Source: Microcoleus sp. (lineage in GTDB: Bacteria; Cyanobacteriota; Cyanobacteriia; Cyanobacteriales; Microcoleaceae). From it: DNA of 64,000 nt. The stretch is from positions 288,001 through 352,000 of the forward strand of contig JAYFMW010000030.1 in NCBI GenBank assembly GCA_042408215.1, in the 5' to 3' direction. Both the position numbers and the translations under genes were made by a program. Positions 1 to 10,903 of this stretch are shown here, one piece after another (position 1 is the stretch's first letter; each line of letters opens with the position of its first letter). The notes under the pieces were generated by a model. That model was not told the origin of the DNA. It made no database searches and was given only the letters and a program-made list of their open reading frames with translations.

Positions 1-368
1 AGACGCACCGGCGATCGCAGTTGCGTCTATGGCAAAACTAAAGGGAAAAATTTCAGTCAACATCAGCGGTGTCTATTTAAAATTTGAGATTTTAGGTGAA
101 ATCCAAAATCCCCGGACTACTACCTATAGTTTCAAACAAAGTCTCGATCGAATTCAACCGTAGTCAGAAATTATACAGCTTCATTCTGGTTCGCGCCGCC
201 CCGGCCACTCACCCGGAAGCCTTGACACGGGTTGTGCATGGAGTAAGATACAGGTTGATCAACTGATGCGCTGCATCGGGTAGAGTTCACACGCTATCTT
301 GCCGCGAATTGGCGCAACAGACAACGAACAGACAACGCACAATCGCAAATACATTCTTACTTTGAGCC

Positions 369-986
369 GTGAAAAAAATCCTGCAAGACTCTAGAGGCCC
401 GCTGACGGTAAAACGCTTTTTTCGTCTCAGACAGATGCTGCTGCTGGTACTTTCGATCGGCATTATTTTGATTGGCCCTTATTTGCAGCAGCAGTTAGTC
501 CAAGCTCAGTCAGCCTTACCAAGCAAAGTAGCCACGGGTAATTTGTGGCAAGAGGCTTCTTTCCCAGTCGAAAATTTTCAAGACTACACTTCCCCCTTCG
601 GCCCCCGCAGCGGGGATTTTCATTACGGGTTGGATATGGCGGCCCCGGAAGGTAGCTACATCCGCAATTGGTGGGGCGGGCAAATTGCGGATGTTTGGGA
701 AGATGGTAGGTGCGGCACTGCTATGATCGTGCGATCGGGAGATTGGGAACACATCTACTGTCACCTCAGAGGCCGGGTGGAAACTGCTAACGGCGGGCGT
801 TATTATACCGATCGCGAAGGTTTACAAATTTGGCAGGGTCAAACAGTGCCGGCTGGTGCGAGAATTGCCAGAGTTGGGATGACCGGCCGCACGTCTGGCC
901 CTCACTTGCACTGGGGCTTAAAGTATGGGGGCCGCTGGGTAGATCCGGCTTTGGTGCTCCGGGAAATGTACGCTCAACAATCTTAA
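369..986 (+). CDS. M23 family metallopeptidase
   Basis: HYGLD and HLHW zinc motifs, GRTSGPHLH, N-terminal hydrophobic segment; GTG start uncertain. Confidence 0.85.
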   Translation: MKKILQDSRGPLTVKRFFRLRQMLLLVLSIGIILIGPYLQQQLVQAQSALPSKVATGNLWQEASFPVENFQDYTSPFGPRSGDFHYGLDMAAPEGSYIRNWWGGQIADVWEDGRCGTAMIVRSGDWEHIYCHLRGRVETANGGRYYTDREGLQIWQGQTVPAGARIARVGMTGRTSGPHLHWGLKYGGRWVDPALVLREMYAQQS

Positions 987-1666
987 TTAGTGATTAGTTA
1001 GTAGTCATTAGTCATTAGTGATTAGTTAGTAGTCATTAGTCATTAGTTAGTAGTCATTAGTCATTAGTCATTAGTTAGGAGTCATTAGTCATTGGTTATT
1101 AGTCATTGGTTATTAGTCATTAGTCATTGGTTATTAGTCATTGGTTATTAGTCATTAGTTAGGAGTCATTAGTCATTGGTTATTAGTCATTAGTTAGGAG
1201 TCATTAGTCATTGGTTATTAGTCATTAGTTAGGAGTCATTAGTCATTGGTTATTAGTCATTAGTTAGGAGTCATTAGTCATTGGTTATTAGTCATTGGTT
1301 ATTGGAACCAACAAATAACTACTAACTACTAACAAACAACTCACAAATGACTGCTGACTACTGACTACTGACTAATGACTAATAACAGTTAACTGTTAAC
1401 TGTTATTAGTCATTAGTCAACAATCATCTCTGAGTGCAACCGGAATTGATCTAACAAATAACAAACAACTCACAAATGACTGCTGACTAATGACTCATGA
1501 CTAATAACTGTTAACTGTTAACTGTTATTAGTCAACAATCATCTCTGAGTGCAACCGGAATTGATCTAACAAATAACAAACAACTCACAAATGACTGCTG
1601 ACTAATGACTAATGACTAATGACTAATGACTAATGACTAATGACTAATGACTAATGACTAATGACT
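987..1666. repeat. Heptamer STRR tracts (TCATTAG/GACTAAT type) between convergent genes, with a duplicated ~115 bp block
   Basis: Tandem tagtcat/gactaat units; caatcatctctgagtgcaaccggaattgatctaac occurs twice (~1420 and ~1536). Confidence 0.9.
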
Positions 1667-1668
1667 TT

Positions 1669-3606
1669 TTACCTCGGTGTCAATTGTTTTTTAGGCAACT
1701 CGGTGTATCGATCGACAATTTGGCGGAATTCGTCACCGTCGATGGTTTCTTGATCTAGCAGAGTCTCTACAAGTCGGTCGATCAAAGCGCGGTTTTCGCG
1801 GATAATCCGGCGAGCTTCTTCGTAACACCCAAAGGCGATTTCTCGGACTTGTCGATCGATTTTAGTCGCCATTTCTTCAGAATACTCCGATCGCGAACCC
1901 CAATCCCCGCCCAAAAACACCTGATTGCTGGGACTTTCCAAAGCAACAGGCCCCAAATCCGACATTCCGTAGAGCGTTACCATCTCTCTAGCGAGACTGC
2001 TAACTTGTTTGATATCGCTGCCGGCACCGGTGTCGATTTCATCTTCGCCGTAAATTTCTGCCTCCGCCGCCCGTCCCCCCAAGGCTACCGTAATCCGGTT
2101 TAACAGCAAAGCCCGACTCCTCAAACCTTCGCTGTCGATCATTTCGTCGTCTAGCGTAAAGCTAGTAAAGCCTTCGATGCCGCCGGAACGAGGAATAATT
2201 GTCACTTTTTCTACCGGGTCAGCATTTTTGAGGATTGTTGCTACTAGGGCGTGTCCGACTTCGTGGTATGCTGTCATCCACTTTTTCTTGCTGTCGAGTA
2301 GGGGGTTGAGGGTGAGTCCGATCGTGATTCGGTCGATCGCGTCGTTAACTTCTAAGTTACTAATAGTTTCTTTGCGCCGTCTGGCTGTGAGAATTGCTGC
2401 TTCGTTGAGCAAATTGGCCAAGTCAGCGCCGGAAAAGCCAGGAGTGCGACGGGCGATCGTATCTAGAGCAACTTCTGGGTCGAGTTTTTTGTTGCGGGCG
2501 TGAACTTGCAAAATCCCCAAACGCCCTTTGTAGCTGGGTAAATCTACCATTACTTGGCGATCGAACCGGCCCGGACGCAATAAAGCAGTATCAAGAACAT
2601 CGGGGCGGTTGGTAGCTGCAATGATAATCACGCCACTGTTTCCCTCAAAACCGTCCATTTCTGTCAGCAACTGATTGAGAGTTTGTTCCCGTTCGTCATT
2701 ACCGCCACCTATCCCCGCCCCGCGCTGCCTTCCTACGGCGTCTATTTCGTCGATGAAGACGATGCAGGGGGAATTTTCTTTAGCTTTGCGGAACAAGTCG
2801 CGGACGCGGGATGCGCCAACACCGACGAACATTTCGACAAATTCTGAACCGGAAATCGAGAAGAAGGGAACGCCTGCTTCGCCTGCGATCGCTTTGGCCA
2901 ACATCGTTTTACCTGTTCCGGGAGGCCCGATCAACAAAACTCCTCTGGGAATTTTGGCGCCGATGGCGGTGAAGCGTTCGGGTTTTTTGAGGAATGTTAC
3001 GACTTCTTGCAGTTCTTCTTTAGCTTCTTCGATCCCTGCTACGTCGTCGAACATCACGCCGGTTTTGGCTTCCATTTGAAAACGGGCTCTGGATTTGCCG
3101 AAGTTCATGGCATTTCCCTGGGATTGGGTCGATCGGCGCAGAATCGCCATCAGCACTACCAGCACTGCGAAAATTACCAGCAAGTTTACTACTAAACTGA
3201 CTGCGGCGGTGTTGTCGGCGGTTTGTTTGACTTCAAAGTCAATTTTTTTGGCGCGGATTTGCGAGTACAATTCTCGGTTGTTGTAGTCGAACAAGGTGAC
3301 AACTTGCGCCGGATCCGTTGCTTTTTGATATTTTAGCTTAACTCTAGCAGTTCCTTGGATTTCGTCTACTTCAATTTTGCTGACTTGTCCTTTTTCTATG
3401 CTATCGATCAGTTTGCTGTAACTCATGGTGTTTGGCGCGGTTTGGGCAAATACCGGTGTCGAGAGCAATATTCCTTGAGAAAGTACCAAACTGCCCAGGA
3501 TACGCCAAAGATGCCGTCCAGGGATGGATGTTTTAGGACTCTGCCTCGACTTGTCTTTTTTTGCAACTAGATGCCCCAGCCATGAGTGTTTCCAAGAATT
3601 TTTCAT
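1669..3606 (-). CDS. ftsH: ATP-dependent zinc metalloprotease FtsH
   Basis: Walker A GPPGTGKT, Walker [12 protein letters not shown] region [13 protein letters not shown] zinc motif, two N-terminal TM segments; ATG at 3606. Confidence 0.97.
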   Translation of the reverse strand: MKNSWKHSWLGHLVAKKDKSRQSPKTSIPGRHLWRILGSLVLSQGILLSTPVFAQTAPNTMSYSKLIDSIEKGQVSKIEVDEIQGTARVKLKYQKATDPAQVVTLFDYNNRELYSQIRAKKIDFEVKQTADNTAAVSLVVNLLVIFAVLVVLMAILRRSTQSQGNAMNFGKSRARFQMEAKTGVMFDDVAGIEEAKEELQEVVTFLKKPERFTAIGAKIPRGVLLIGPPGTGKTMLAKAIAGEAGVPFFSISGSEFVEMFVGVGASRVRDLFRKAKENSPCIVFIDEIDAVGRQRGAGIGGGNDEREQTLNQLLTEMDGFEGNSGVIIIAATNRPDVLDTALLRPGRFDRQVMVDLPSYKGRLGILQVHARNKKLDPEVALDTIARRTPGFSGADLANLLNEAAILTARRRKETISNLEVNDAIDRITIGLTLNPLLDSKKKWMTAYHEVGHALVATILKNADPVEKVTIIPRSGGIEGFTSFTLDDEMIDSEGLRSRALLLNRITVALGGRAAEAEIYGEDEIDTGAGSDIKQVSSLAREMVTLYGMSDLGPVALESPSNQVFLGGDWGSRSEYSEEMATKIDRQVREIAFGCYEEARRIIRENRALIDRLVETLLDQETIDGDEFRQIVDRYTELPKKQLTPR

Positions 3607-3726
3607 ATTTATTTGGCCCAAAGTTGAAGACTGCTAAGATTTACCGCTCTTAATTTGCTACGTTTATCTATTTTAACAAGCTGCTTCAATAAACTTACCC
3701 AATTCTCACCCAAGTTAGTTTTAGCA

Positions 3727-3888
3727 TTATTTTCCTGCTGCGACCAAGGGAGTCGGCTCCAACAGTCCCCAGGCGTAAATTCCGTTGAAGCCAACCGTAC
3801 TTGCTCTGCGGGGGGCGCGTTCTTGATTAATGGCAGCGTTTTCGTCCCGATCGAGATAGTGCCTACACTGACAGTCCTGGACGCACGC
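3727..3888 (-). pseudogene. 3' remnant of an IS605-type tnpB
   Basis: Minus frame reads CQCRHYLDRDENAAINQ...STVGFNGIYAWG, matching the TnpB Zn-ribbon/RuvC-III tail. Confidence 0.65.
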
Positions 3889-4139
3889 TTCTACCTAAAC
3901 AACCCGGTTTCTCGCGATCGTCCTCAACCTAAAATGACGCAATTACTGCCATAAACCGGGTTTTTGTGTCCAGGACTAACTGAAACAAATTGCGATCGGA
4001 CAAGCTGGGAAAGCTTTTAGTCCAGAGTGTGAATTTTTGGATGAAAAGCGATCTGAAAGGTTTGACTAATTTGCTCAAAAGTTTGGTAGGAAATACGCGA
4101 AAATTGCGAGGAGTTTCGTAGCAGTAGTCAGGAGTCAGT

Positions 4140-4170
<31 letters not shown>

Positions 4171-4172
4171 GA

Positions 4173-4337
4173 TACCAATTTAATGGGTCGTTGCATATAT
4201 CTCGATCCCCCTCGCATCCCCCTTAATAAGGGAGTAGGGTGTGAGTAGGGGTTGACGAAAGAGCAGAATCTTGTTCCCCCCTTATTAAGGGGGGTTAGGG
4301 GGGATCAGATTCTACGGGGCCTCATAAAAAACTGGTA
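4173..4337. mobile_element. MITE-like element carrying the CCCCTTAA..AAGGG palindromic core
   Basis: Ends tacca...tggta flanked by TGA on both sides (4170-4172, 4338-4340). Confidence 0.55.
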
Positions 4338-4429
4338 TGAGTTATTATTGGTTAGTTTTGAGTTGTTATTTGTTGATTCGTATAACTAATAACTAATGAC
4401 TAATGACTAATGACTAATGACTAATTACT

Positions 4430-4660
4430 TCAAAATGGCATATCGATCATGTCTCCGAAGGGATGAGGGCCATCCATCGGCATCCTTCCTGGTTTTGACT
4501 CGTATTTGTCAATCCATTTTTTGGCCAATTCCAAAGCTTCCTCTTCAGTCTTGGCATTTTGGACAGCGACGTGGCGGTTGCCGCGGCTATCCCAAACCTC
4601 GACGTAGAATACTTTCTGGGACTGAATAATCCAACCTTTATAGGTGTCTGCGGGTTCCAT
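4430..4660 (-). CDS. Small hypothetical protein (76 aa)
   Basis: ATG-started ORF with protein-like composition, divergent from psb32. Confidence 0.55.
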   Translation of the reverse strand: MEPADTYKGWIIQSQKVFYVEVWDSRGNRHVAVQNAKTEEEALELAKKWIDKYESKPGRMPMDGPHPFGDMIDMPF

Positions 4661-4792
4661 AGTTAAAATCCGAAAAGAATCGGGCGGGGAGTTCGACGGT
4701 TGAGCTAATTTTGAATATTGCCCTCTATAAAATGAATTTTAAGGGGGTTTCTATAGTATTTTTGGAAAAAAGGCACTTTTACCCTCAACCTC

Positions 4793-5515
4793 ATGATCAG
4801 ACTTTTCAAGCAACTATTTAGTTGGAGAAAATATCTCCAATCTTTGGCGGGGGCGATCGCGATCGCCCTAATCGCCTCCCAGATGGCTGTGTTTCCCGCA
4901 TTGGCGACTGGTGTCTACGAAATGCCGGTGTTGTCGGCGGGCGATCGCACTTGGGTGTGGGACAAAGGCGATGTACTCAGCCGCAGCAGCGAAAGCACGA
5001 TTAGCAGCGTGCTCGACAACCTGGAAAAGCAAACTGGGAAAGAAGTCCGGTTTGTCACCATCCACCGCTTAGACTACGGCGAAACGACTGCTAGCTTTGC
5101 CAATCAACTGTTTGAACAGTGGTTTCCCGCAACAGAAGACCAGACTAATCAAATTTTACTCGTTCTCGACACTGTTACCAACAGTGCGACAATTCGCACC
5201 GGAGAAGGCGTGAAATCCCTGCTCACCGATGAAATTGCCCAGAGTGTGGCTGGGGAAACCCTGCAAGTGCCACTGCGGGAAGGTAACAAATACAATGAGG
5301 CCTTTACCGCTGCTAGCGATCGCCTTGCGACAGTTTTGTCTGGCCAACCCGATCCTGGTGCTCCCGAAGTTGTTGACAACACTCAAGTTGAAGGCACCTT
5401 TAAAAAAGCTGAAGAAACAGACCAAGGTAATGCCACAGTAATAGTGGTTGTGCTGTTGGTGTTGGCGACAGTGATTCCGATGGTGACTTATTTCTGGTAT
5501 CAAGGTTTTTCGTGA
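4793..5515 (+). CDS. psb32: Photosystem II repair protein Psb32 (TPM domain)
   Basis: Signal peptide ending ALA-TGVYEMP, VTIHRLDYGE, C-terminal TM ending ATVIPMVTYFWY. Confidence 0.88.
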   Translation: MIRLFKQLFSWRKYLQSLAGAIAIALIASQMAVFPALATGVYEMPVLSAGDRTWVWDKGDVLSRSSESTISSVLDNLEKQTGKEVRFVTIHRLDYGETTASFANQLFEQWFPATEDQTNQILLVLDTVTNSATIRTGEGVKSLLTDEIAQSVAGETLQVPLREGNKYNEAFTAASDRLATVLSGQPDPGAPEVVDNTQVEGTFKKAEETDQGNATVIVVVLLVLATVIPMVTYFWYQGFS

Positions 5516-5574
5516 TCGGGTGCTGCTAGATGGGATTAGTTGCCATTTTGTCAAGCATTTTTGGCAGTTCTTTA

Positions 5575-5958
5575 CTAATCTTGAACGTATTCTCGATCGC
5601 TCAATAAGGCAATTTCTGCCCGCACAAATTCCCGTCCCAAATAAGCCGCGTGATCTAACAGTGTCACCGGATTGGGGCGGGTTTCTTCTAAGATTTTGAC
5701 GCAAAGTTCTTTAGCGGTTCTGGCGGTAAAAAGTGTAGACTGAGTGCGTTCTACCTTGCCGCGGGCGGGGATGGGTTTGCCGGTTTCGGGATCGACGGCG
5801 AGGCCTCGATCGTCGATGATGTTGGTGAAATGTTTGGCACAAATTAAGCTGGTTGTGCGATCGAGATAGATGATGAAGTAGCCGCCTGGATCTAGATCGA
5901 TGTGGCGTTTGGATAGTTTGTCATCAATTGCGGTGAGGTTGTCCAAGGTTTGACTCAT
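5575..5958 (-). CDS. DUF4346 domain protein
   Basis: LDPGGYFIIY and LDHAAYLGRE...YVQD motifs; ATG at 5958. Confidence 0.85.
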   Translation of the reverse strand: MSQTLDNLTAIDDKLSKRHIDLDPGGYFIIYLDRTTSLICAKHFTNIIDDRGLAVDPETGKPIPARGKVERTQSTLFTARTAKELCVKILEETRPNPVTLLDHAAYLGREFVRAEIALLSDREYVQD

Positions 5959-6088
5959 GGTTGGCGAAAGGAAGTAAACAATAGCTGTAATTTTTGCTGC
6001 TATTTCTAGTTTAGTCGGCTGTGGCACAAGTTTGGGAGTTTTTGGGCGATCGACATTCTACGCGATATCTGTAGGGATACGGCATTGC

Positions 6089-6287
6089 CCATTGGTGTCA
6101 ACTTAACGTTAAACCCAGTCACAGATTGCTGTTTGACCATTAAGCCTAGATCCCCCCTAGCCCCCCTTAAGAAGGGGGGGACAGGAGTCCGATCAAAGTC
6201 CCCCTTCTTAAGGGGGATTTAGGGGGATCTAGACTCAGGTAAAAACCAGATTTCTCAGGGCTTTCAGGCTTAAGTTGACACCAATGG
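6089..6287. mobile_element. MITE with 18-bp TIR CCATTGGTGTCAACTTAA inserted in a REP-like palindrome
   Basis: Perfect TIRs, flanking direct repeat GCATTGC (6082-6088, 6288-6294); second copy at 38762-38970. Confidence 0.85.
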
Positions 6288-6711
6288 GCATTGCCGTCTC
6301 CGGGGGGGTCATTCGATTTTAGATTTTAGATTTTAGATTTGGGATTTGGGATTGATCCCACGGATAAATTCGGGGGCTTGAGGATTTTAGATTTGGGATT
6401 TTAGATTTGGGATTTGGGATTTGGGATTGATTCCACGGATAAATCCGGGGGCTTGTACCATCAATAAATTATGGGTCAAAAACCCGGTTTCTATGTCAAT
6501 ATCTCTCACAGAGATGCACGATTTTTCTCAGAAACCGGGGTTTTTGGTCTGAGTCCTAATCTATAGGGACAGGGAAATGCCGATCGGGGTTCTGCGACTT
6601 TTAAGGATTGGGATAATTAACCGCAGAGGGCGCAGAGAACGCAGAGGGAAAGAAGAGAGAGAAACAAAATATGTTATTATTGGTTGAGTAACATTGAGGA
6701 TTAAATTATAA

Positions 6712-7747
6712 ATGAAATTTATAGATTTGTTTTCGGGAATAGGAGGTTTCAGACAAGGTTTTGAAAAAATTGGCTTTGAATGCGTTTTTTCCTGCGAAAT
6801 TAACAGTAAATGCCGTGAAGTTTACACGGAAAATTTCGGCGAAGTGCCTTTGGGAGATATCAGTAAAATTAATCCAGCCGATTTAGCAGACTTTGATGTT
6901 TTAGTCGCAGGGTTTCCGTGTCAACCTTTTAGTATCTGCGGCAAAAAGCTAGGTTTTGAAGATACTAGAGGTACGCTTGTTTTTCGAGATTTGTAAAATC
7001 ATCAAAGTAAAACAACCCCAAGTTGTTGTTCTGGAAAATGTCAAGCACTTAATCCATCACGACAAGGGAAATACCCTAAAAGTAATTATTGCCAGTCTGA
7101 GAGAGTTGGGGTACAGCGTAAATTATCAAATTCTGAATGCTAAAGATTTTGGAATTGCTCAACATCGTGAAAGAATATTCATTATTGCAACTAAAGGTAA
7201 AGAATTCAATTTTTCTCGACTTAAAACCAAGTTTCCTCCGCAACTCAGGGATTTTCTAGACGAGACTGGGGATTTTGAAATCTTGGACAAATCTGAGTAT
7301 ACTTTAATTGATGCTCCGAGAAAGCAAGATTCGGGACTTGTATTTGTAGGTTACAGAAATAAAGGTACTTGGAAAACTGGCGTGAGGCCGAATACAGAAC
7401 ATTTATCGAGGGTTCACAGACAGCCAAATCGCATTTATTCGGTGGATGGCGTGCATCCGACAATTCCTTCGCAAGAAACATCGGGCAGGTTTTTTATCTA
7501 TTTTCCTGAGCAAGATATGGTGAGAAAGTTGACGCTGAAGGAATGTTACCGTCTGATGGGTTTTCCTGAAGATTTTAAAAGTTATCCGAGTGCGGGGGAA
7601 AGTTATAAGCAAATTGGGAATTCGGTTTGTGTGCCGGTGGTGGTGGCGATTGCTAAAGAAATATTAAGTCAAAATTTATTGTTAAATAAAACGAAGGAAT
7701 TGCCATCTGATGCACTCCGAGAATATTTATCGTTCATGCTTCATTAA
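6712..7747 (+). pseudogene. DNA (cytosine-5)-methyltransferase, frameshifted
   Basis: FSGIGG and GFPCQ in ORF 6712-6996; ENV, QHRERIF, YKQIGNSV in ORF 6956-7747; one extra base near 6976-6979 breaks TRGTLFFEI. Confidence 0.88.
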
Positions 7748-8142
7748 ACCACTTTAGCCGATGGACTAATATTACCGCTGAAGTAAGAGCTTTCGAGCCA
7801 TATTCCTCACTCTTCTGATGATAAGTGTAAGCTTTACCATCGGCATTAGATGGGCAGAATAACATAACTCTACAATCAGCATTTATATTTTGCCAAGCAA
7901 GTCTAATAGTACCTATCGTCTGTACCAGTAGAGCATTTAGGAAAACTGTTACCCAAAATATCATAGGCCTCAACAACCAATTTCATCGCTGTCCTGAAAG
8001 CATATTCATTCGGCCTCAAAATCCCGTACTTATCCTCTTATTCTAAATCTAAAAGTTCGATTAGACGTTCGATAGTGATGCGGAAATTTGATAATCCCTT
8101 AGTGTTACTGCTGTCAGTAATCTGTTCTTTAGTTACAGTCAT
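7734..8142 (-). pseudogene. Decayed hypothetical gene (possible antitoxin partner)
   Basis: MTVTKEQ...LLDLE*EDKYGILRPNEYAFRTAMKLVVEAY...[frameshift]...LKWFNEA*; internal TAA at 8038-8040; AGGGG upstream. Confidence 0.6.
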
Positions 8143-8223
8143 AAAATTAAATCCCTTTTAGGCGATCGCTAATTCGATCCTAACACAGTCTAATGCTGTG
8201 GAATTATCAGACAACTTGCTGTA

Positions 8224-8739
8224 CTATATTCGCGAAGGTATCCATACAAGTCTCGATCGTTCTGCTAACAAATCAGCCAGCAAATCAGCCCTTTCAGCGT
8301 CATCTTCAGCGTTAGGTAGACCTGCGCTCTCAGCGTGGATCTAGAGTCAGGAATTATATCGTTTCCGGTTGCATCGGTATTGTTCAAACCATCAACAGCC
8401 AACAGTCAACAGTCAACAGTCAACAGTCAACAGTCAACATCACCTGACGGTGCAACCGGAATTGATATTACATCTAAACCTAACTCGCGAATGCCACCTA
8501 CCTCAAGACAAGCAACTCCATAACACGTTCTGAATCTTGCAGCACATTGTTCAGGAGAACAAACACTCGCAATGTTTACAGAAAGACCCTGTTCGTTTTT
8601 ATTTTTACGCAAGTAGTAAGCTTCAGATTCAACCAGTCTAGTATCCTCATCTATCCACTGTTTGCGAAGTAATCCCCGGTAGAAAATAGCCCTATTAGAT
8701 AGTGGTTAAAACTCTGCCTGATCCTAAAATTTTGTTCAT
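8224..8739 (-). pseudogene. Decayed gene, possible ADP-ribosyltransferase/RES-like toxin, interrupted by a MITE
   Basis: FYRGLLRKQW...EQGLSVN...IRELGLDV|IPD..HA..GLP...LLAERSRLVW across frameshifts and the 8357-8467 insertion. Confidence 0.55.
8357..8467. mobile_element. MITE, TIR TATC(A/G)(A/T)TTCCGGTTGCA family, TTA duplication
   Basis: TIRs with TTA at 8354-8356 and 8468-8470; removal restores the codons DV-IPD. Confidence 0.8.
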
Positions 8740-8797
8740 TCATGCTTCATTAAACCACTGTAGCCTCGCGACTAATCCCCATTGACAACGGATGCGA

Positions 8798-10729
8798 CTA
8801 GCGTTGTGTCTGTCCCAGCTTATGCCTAAGCTGTATTCGCTCCAAGCGATTCAGAATGCGAGCAATTAATTCTGGTTCCACAATTGGCTTATTGATGTAA
8901 TCGTCAGCACCTGCGACAAACATTTGGCGCACTATTTCCGACTCTGAATGAGCCGTCAAAAATAGCACTGGGAGCTGGCTCCAGTGCAAGTCGTTGCGTA
9001 CTGCCAAACACAGTTCGATACCGCTATAACCGGGCATCTCGACATCTAAAATTAGCAAATCTGGGCTTGTGGTTTCGAGTACCTCCCAGAAATTTTGAGG
9101 ATCATCCAATGTTGTTATTTGAAATCCCCAAGGTTGCAGAATCATTTTCAGTGTCGCCAATAGGTGCACGTCGTCATCTACTACCATAACTTTAGCTTCT
9201 GCTGCACTCGTCTGGTCGATCGCCAGAGCGACTGCTTTAAGTATATCGACTGGGGGGATGGATTTTGATAAAAAGCCAGAAGTTCCCAAACGAGCAACTT
9301 CTATGCGATGGCTCAATAGGTTCTGTTCGCTAACCACCATCACCGGAATTTCTGGTTTTTGGCGGCGGATTTCGGCGAGGAAGGCCAGTCTATTTTCCTT
9401 GGTTTCGGGAGAACTAAAATCCAGCAAAATCGCGTCGGGAGGCTGTTGAAAAATCAGATTTCTTGCCAATTGTAGGGAGTTTGCTAATTCTACGCGCAAT
9501 CCCCAATCAGATGCTTCGATTTTGATGCGATCGCTCAGCAAATTGTCATCATCAATGATTAAAAGTCGGCGATACTCTGCCACCCCATAAACAGCCTCAT
9601 TATCAGATTCTGCTGGCGGGCGATCGAAGATATGTTGTAGCAAATTAACTAATACCTCAATTTGCTGAGCCGCCCCTGAGTTCAAGATGTTTTCTACCTT
9701 GAATAAATGTTCGAGCTGGCGCGCTACTTCCGAACCTTTCGGCAACCCTAAAGTTCCCAAAGAACCGACTAATTTGTGAGCTTTATCCTGCGCTTCCTGT
9801 CGCAGTTTGTTGTCCAAGGTTCCTATTTCTAGGCTAGCGATCGCCCGCTCGAATATCTCCACCTTTTCTGTAAAAGTTGCCTGGAACTTTGCCCGAATTT
9901 CAGCAACCACACTCAGGACTTTGGTGCGCGCCAGATTTTTGTCAACTTCCTCTGTGGGCTGGCTGGATTCAGCAGATAAAGTCCCTTGACTTTTAGCGCT
10001 TTCTGTGGCGATCTGGGAATTTTTTTGATTGTCAATTTCCTCCGGCAGACTTTTCAGCCGATAGCCCAATCCGTACACCGTTTCAACTAAATCTACATTC
10101 ATCCCAGCCGCTTTCAGCTTCTGCCGCAGCCCCTTAATATGAGCGGTGACGGCTTCCTCCTGGGGAAATTCACCGGCAGACCAAATGCGATCGAGTATGG
10201 CGCTGCGGCTGAATATACGCCGGGGATTTCTGAGGAAAAGTTCGAGGAGATTGTACTCTTTTGGAGTCAGGTGCAGGACTTTTTCTCCGTAAATTACTTC
10301 CGTAGTATCCGGGTTGACTTGCAGTTTTTCCCAGGTCAAATTTGTACTCGACAAAGTAGCGCTACCCCGTCGCAACAAAGCCCGAATTCGAGCGATTAAT
10401 TCCGGCACGTTAAAGGGCTTGACTACATAATCGTCTGCACCCGCTTCTAAACCTTGGACTCGATCCCTGATGCTGTCTAGGGCTGTTACCAGTAAAATCG
10501 GCATTTGGCTGCCGCCCGATCGCAATAGGCGACACAAAGTAATACCGTCGAGTTTAGGAAGCATCACATCTAGAAGAATCAGGTCATAATCGTAGGTCTG
10601 CGCCAACTGCAAGGCTGTTTCACCATCTGCTGCCGTATTCACAGTATAATTGTGAGCGTTCAGGGATCGTGTCAGCAGATTAATTGTAATTTGGTCATCT
10701 TCTACTACCAAGATTTTCATATGCGTCAT
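8798..10729 (-). CDS. Multidomain response regulator (REC-wHTH-Hpt-REC-REC, RcaC-like architecture)
   Basis: LLDVMLP/GADDYVVKPF, LTPKEY...ETVYGLGY, Hpt HKLVGSLG, two further REC domains. Confidence 0.9.
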   Translation of the reverse strand: MTHMKILVVEDDQITINLLTRSLNAHNYTVNTAADGETALQLAQTYDYDLILLDVMLPKLDGITLCRLLRSGGSQMPILLVTALDSIRDRVQGLEAGADDYVVKPFNVPELIARIRALLRRGSATLSSTNLTWEKLQVNPDTTEVIYGEKVLHLTPKEYNLLELFLRNPRRIFSRSAILDRIWSAGEFPQEEAVTAHIKGLRQKLKAAGMNVDLVETVYGLGYRLKSLPEEIDNQKNSQIATESAKSQGTLSAESSQPTEEVDKNLARTKVLSVVAEIRAKFQATFTEKVEIFERAIASLEIGTLDNKLRQEAQDKAHKLVGSLGTLGLPKGSEVARQLEHLFKVENILNSGAAQQIEVLVNLLQHIFDRPPAESDNEAVYGVAEYRRLLIIDDDNLLSDRIKIEASDWGLRVELANSLQLARNLIFQQPPDAILLDFSSPETKENRLAFLAEIRRQKPEIPVMVVSEQNLLSHRIEVARLGTSGFLSKSIPPVDILKAVALAIDQTSAAEAKVMVVDDDVHLLATLKMILQPWGFQITTLDDPQNFWEVLETTSPDLLILDVEMPGYSGIELCLAVRNDLHWSQLPVLFLTAHSESEIVRQMFVAGADDYINKPIVEPELIARILNRLERIQLRHKLGQTQR

Positions 10730-10903
10730 TTGTTAATTCAGCCGTTTTTTTTTGTCTGTCTATAGGGATTTTGGAGGAAATAAAATAGCCTCTTTTATGC
10801 TCCTTATTCGCCAGTTTGAAAACCTTTGTGAAACAGAATTAATGCGATGGGGCGCTGGGGCGATATTGCCCAAGCGTACCTGATTTAACCCAGAAGTGCT
10901 AGC

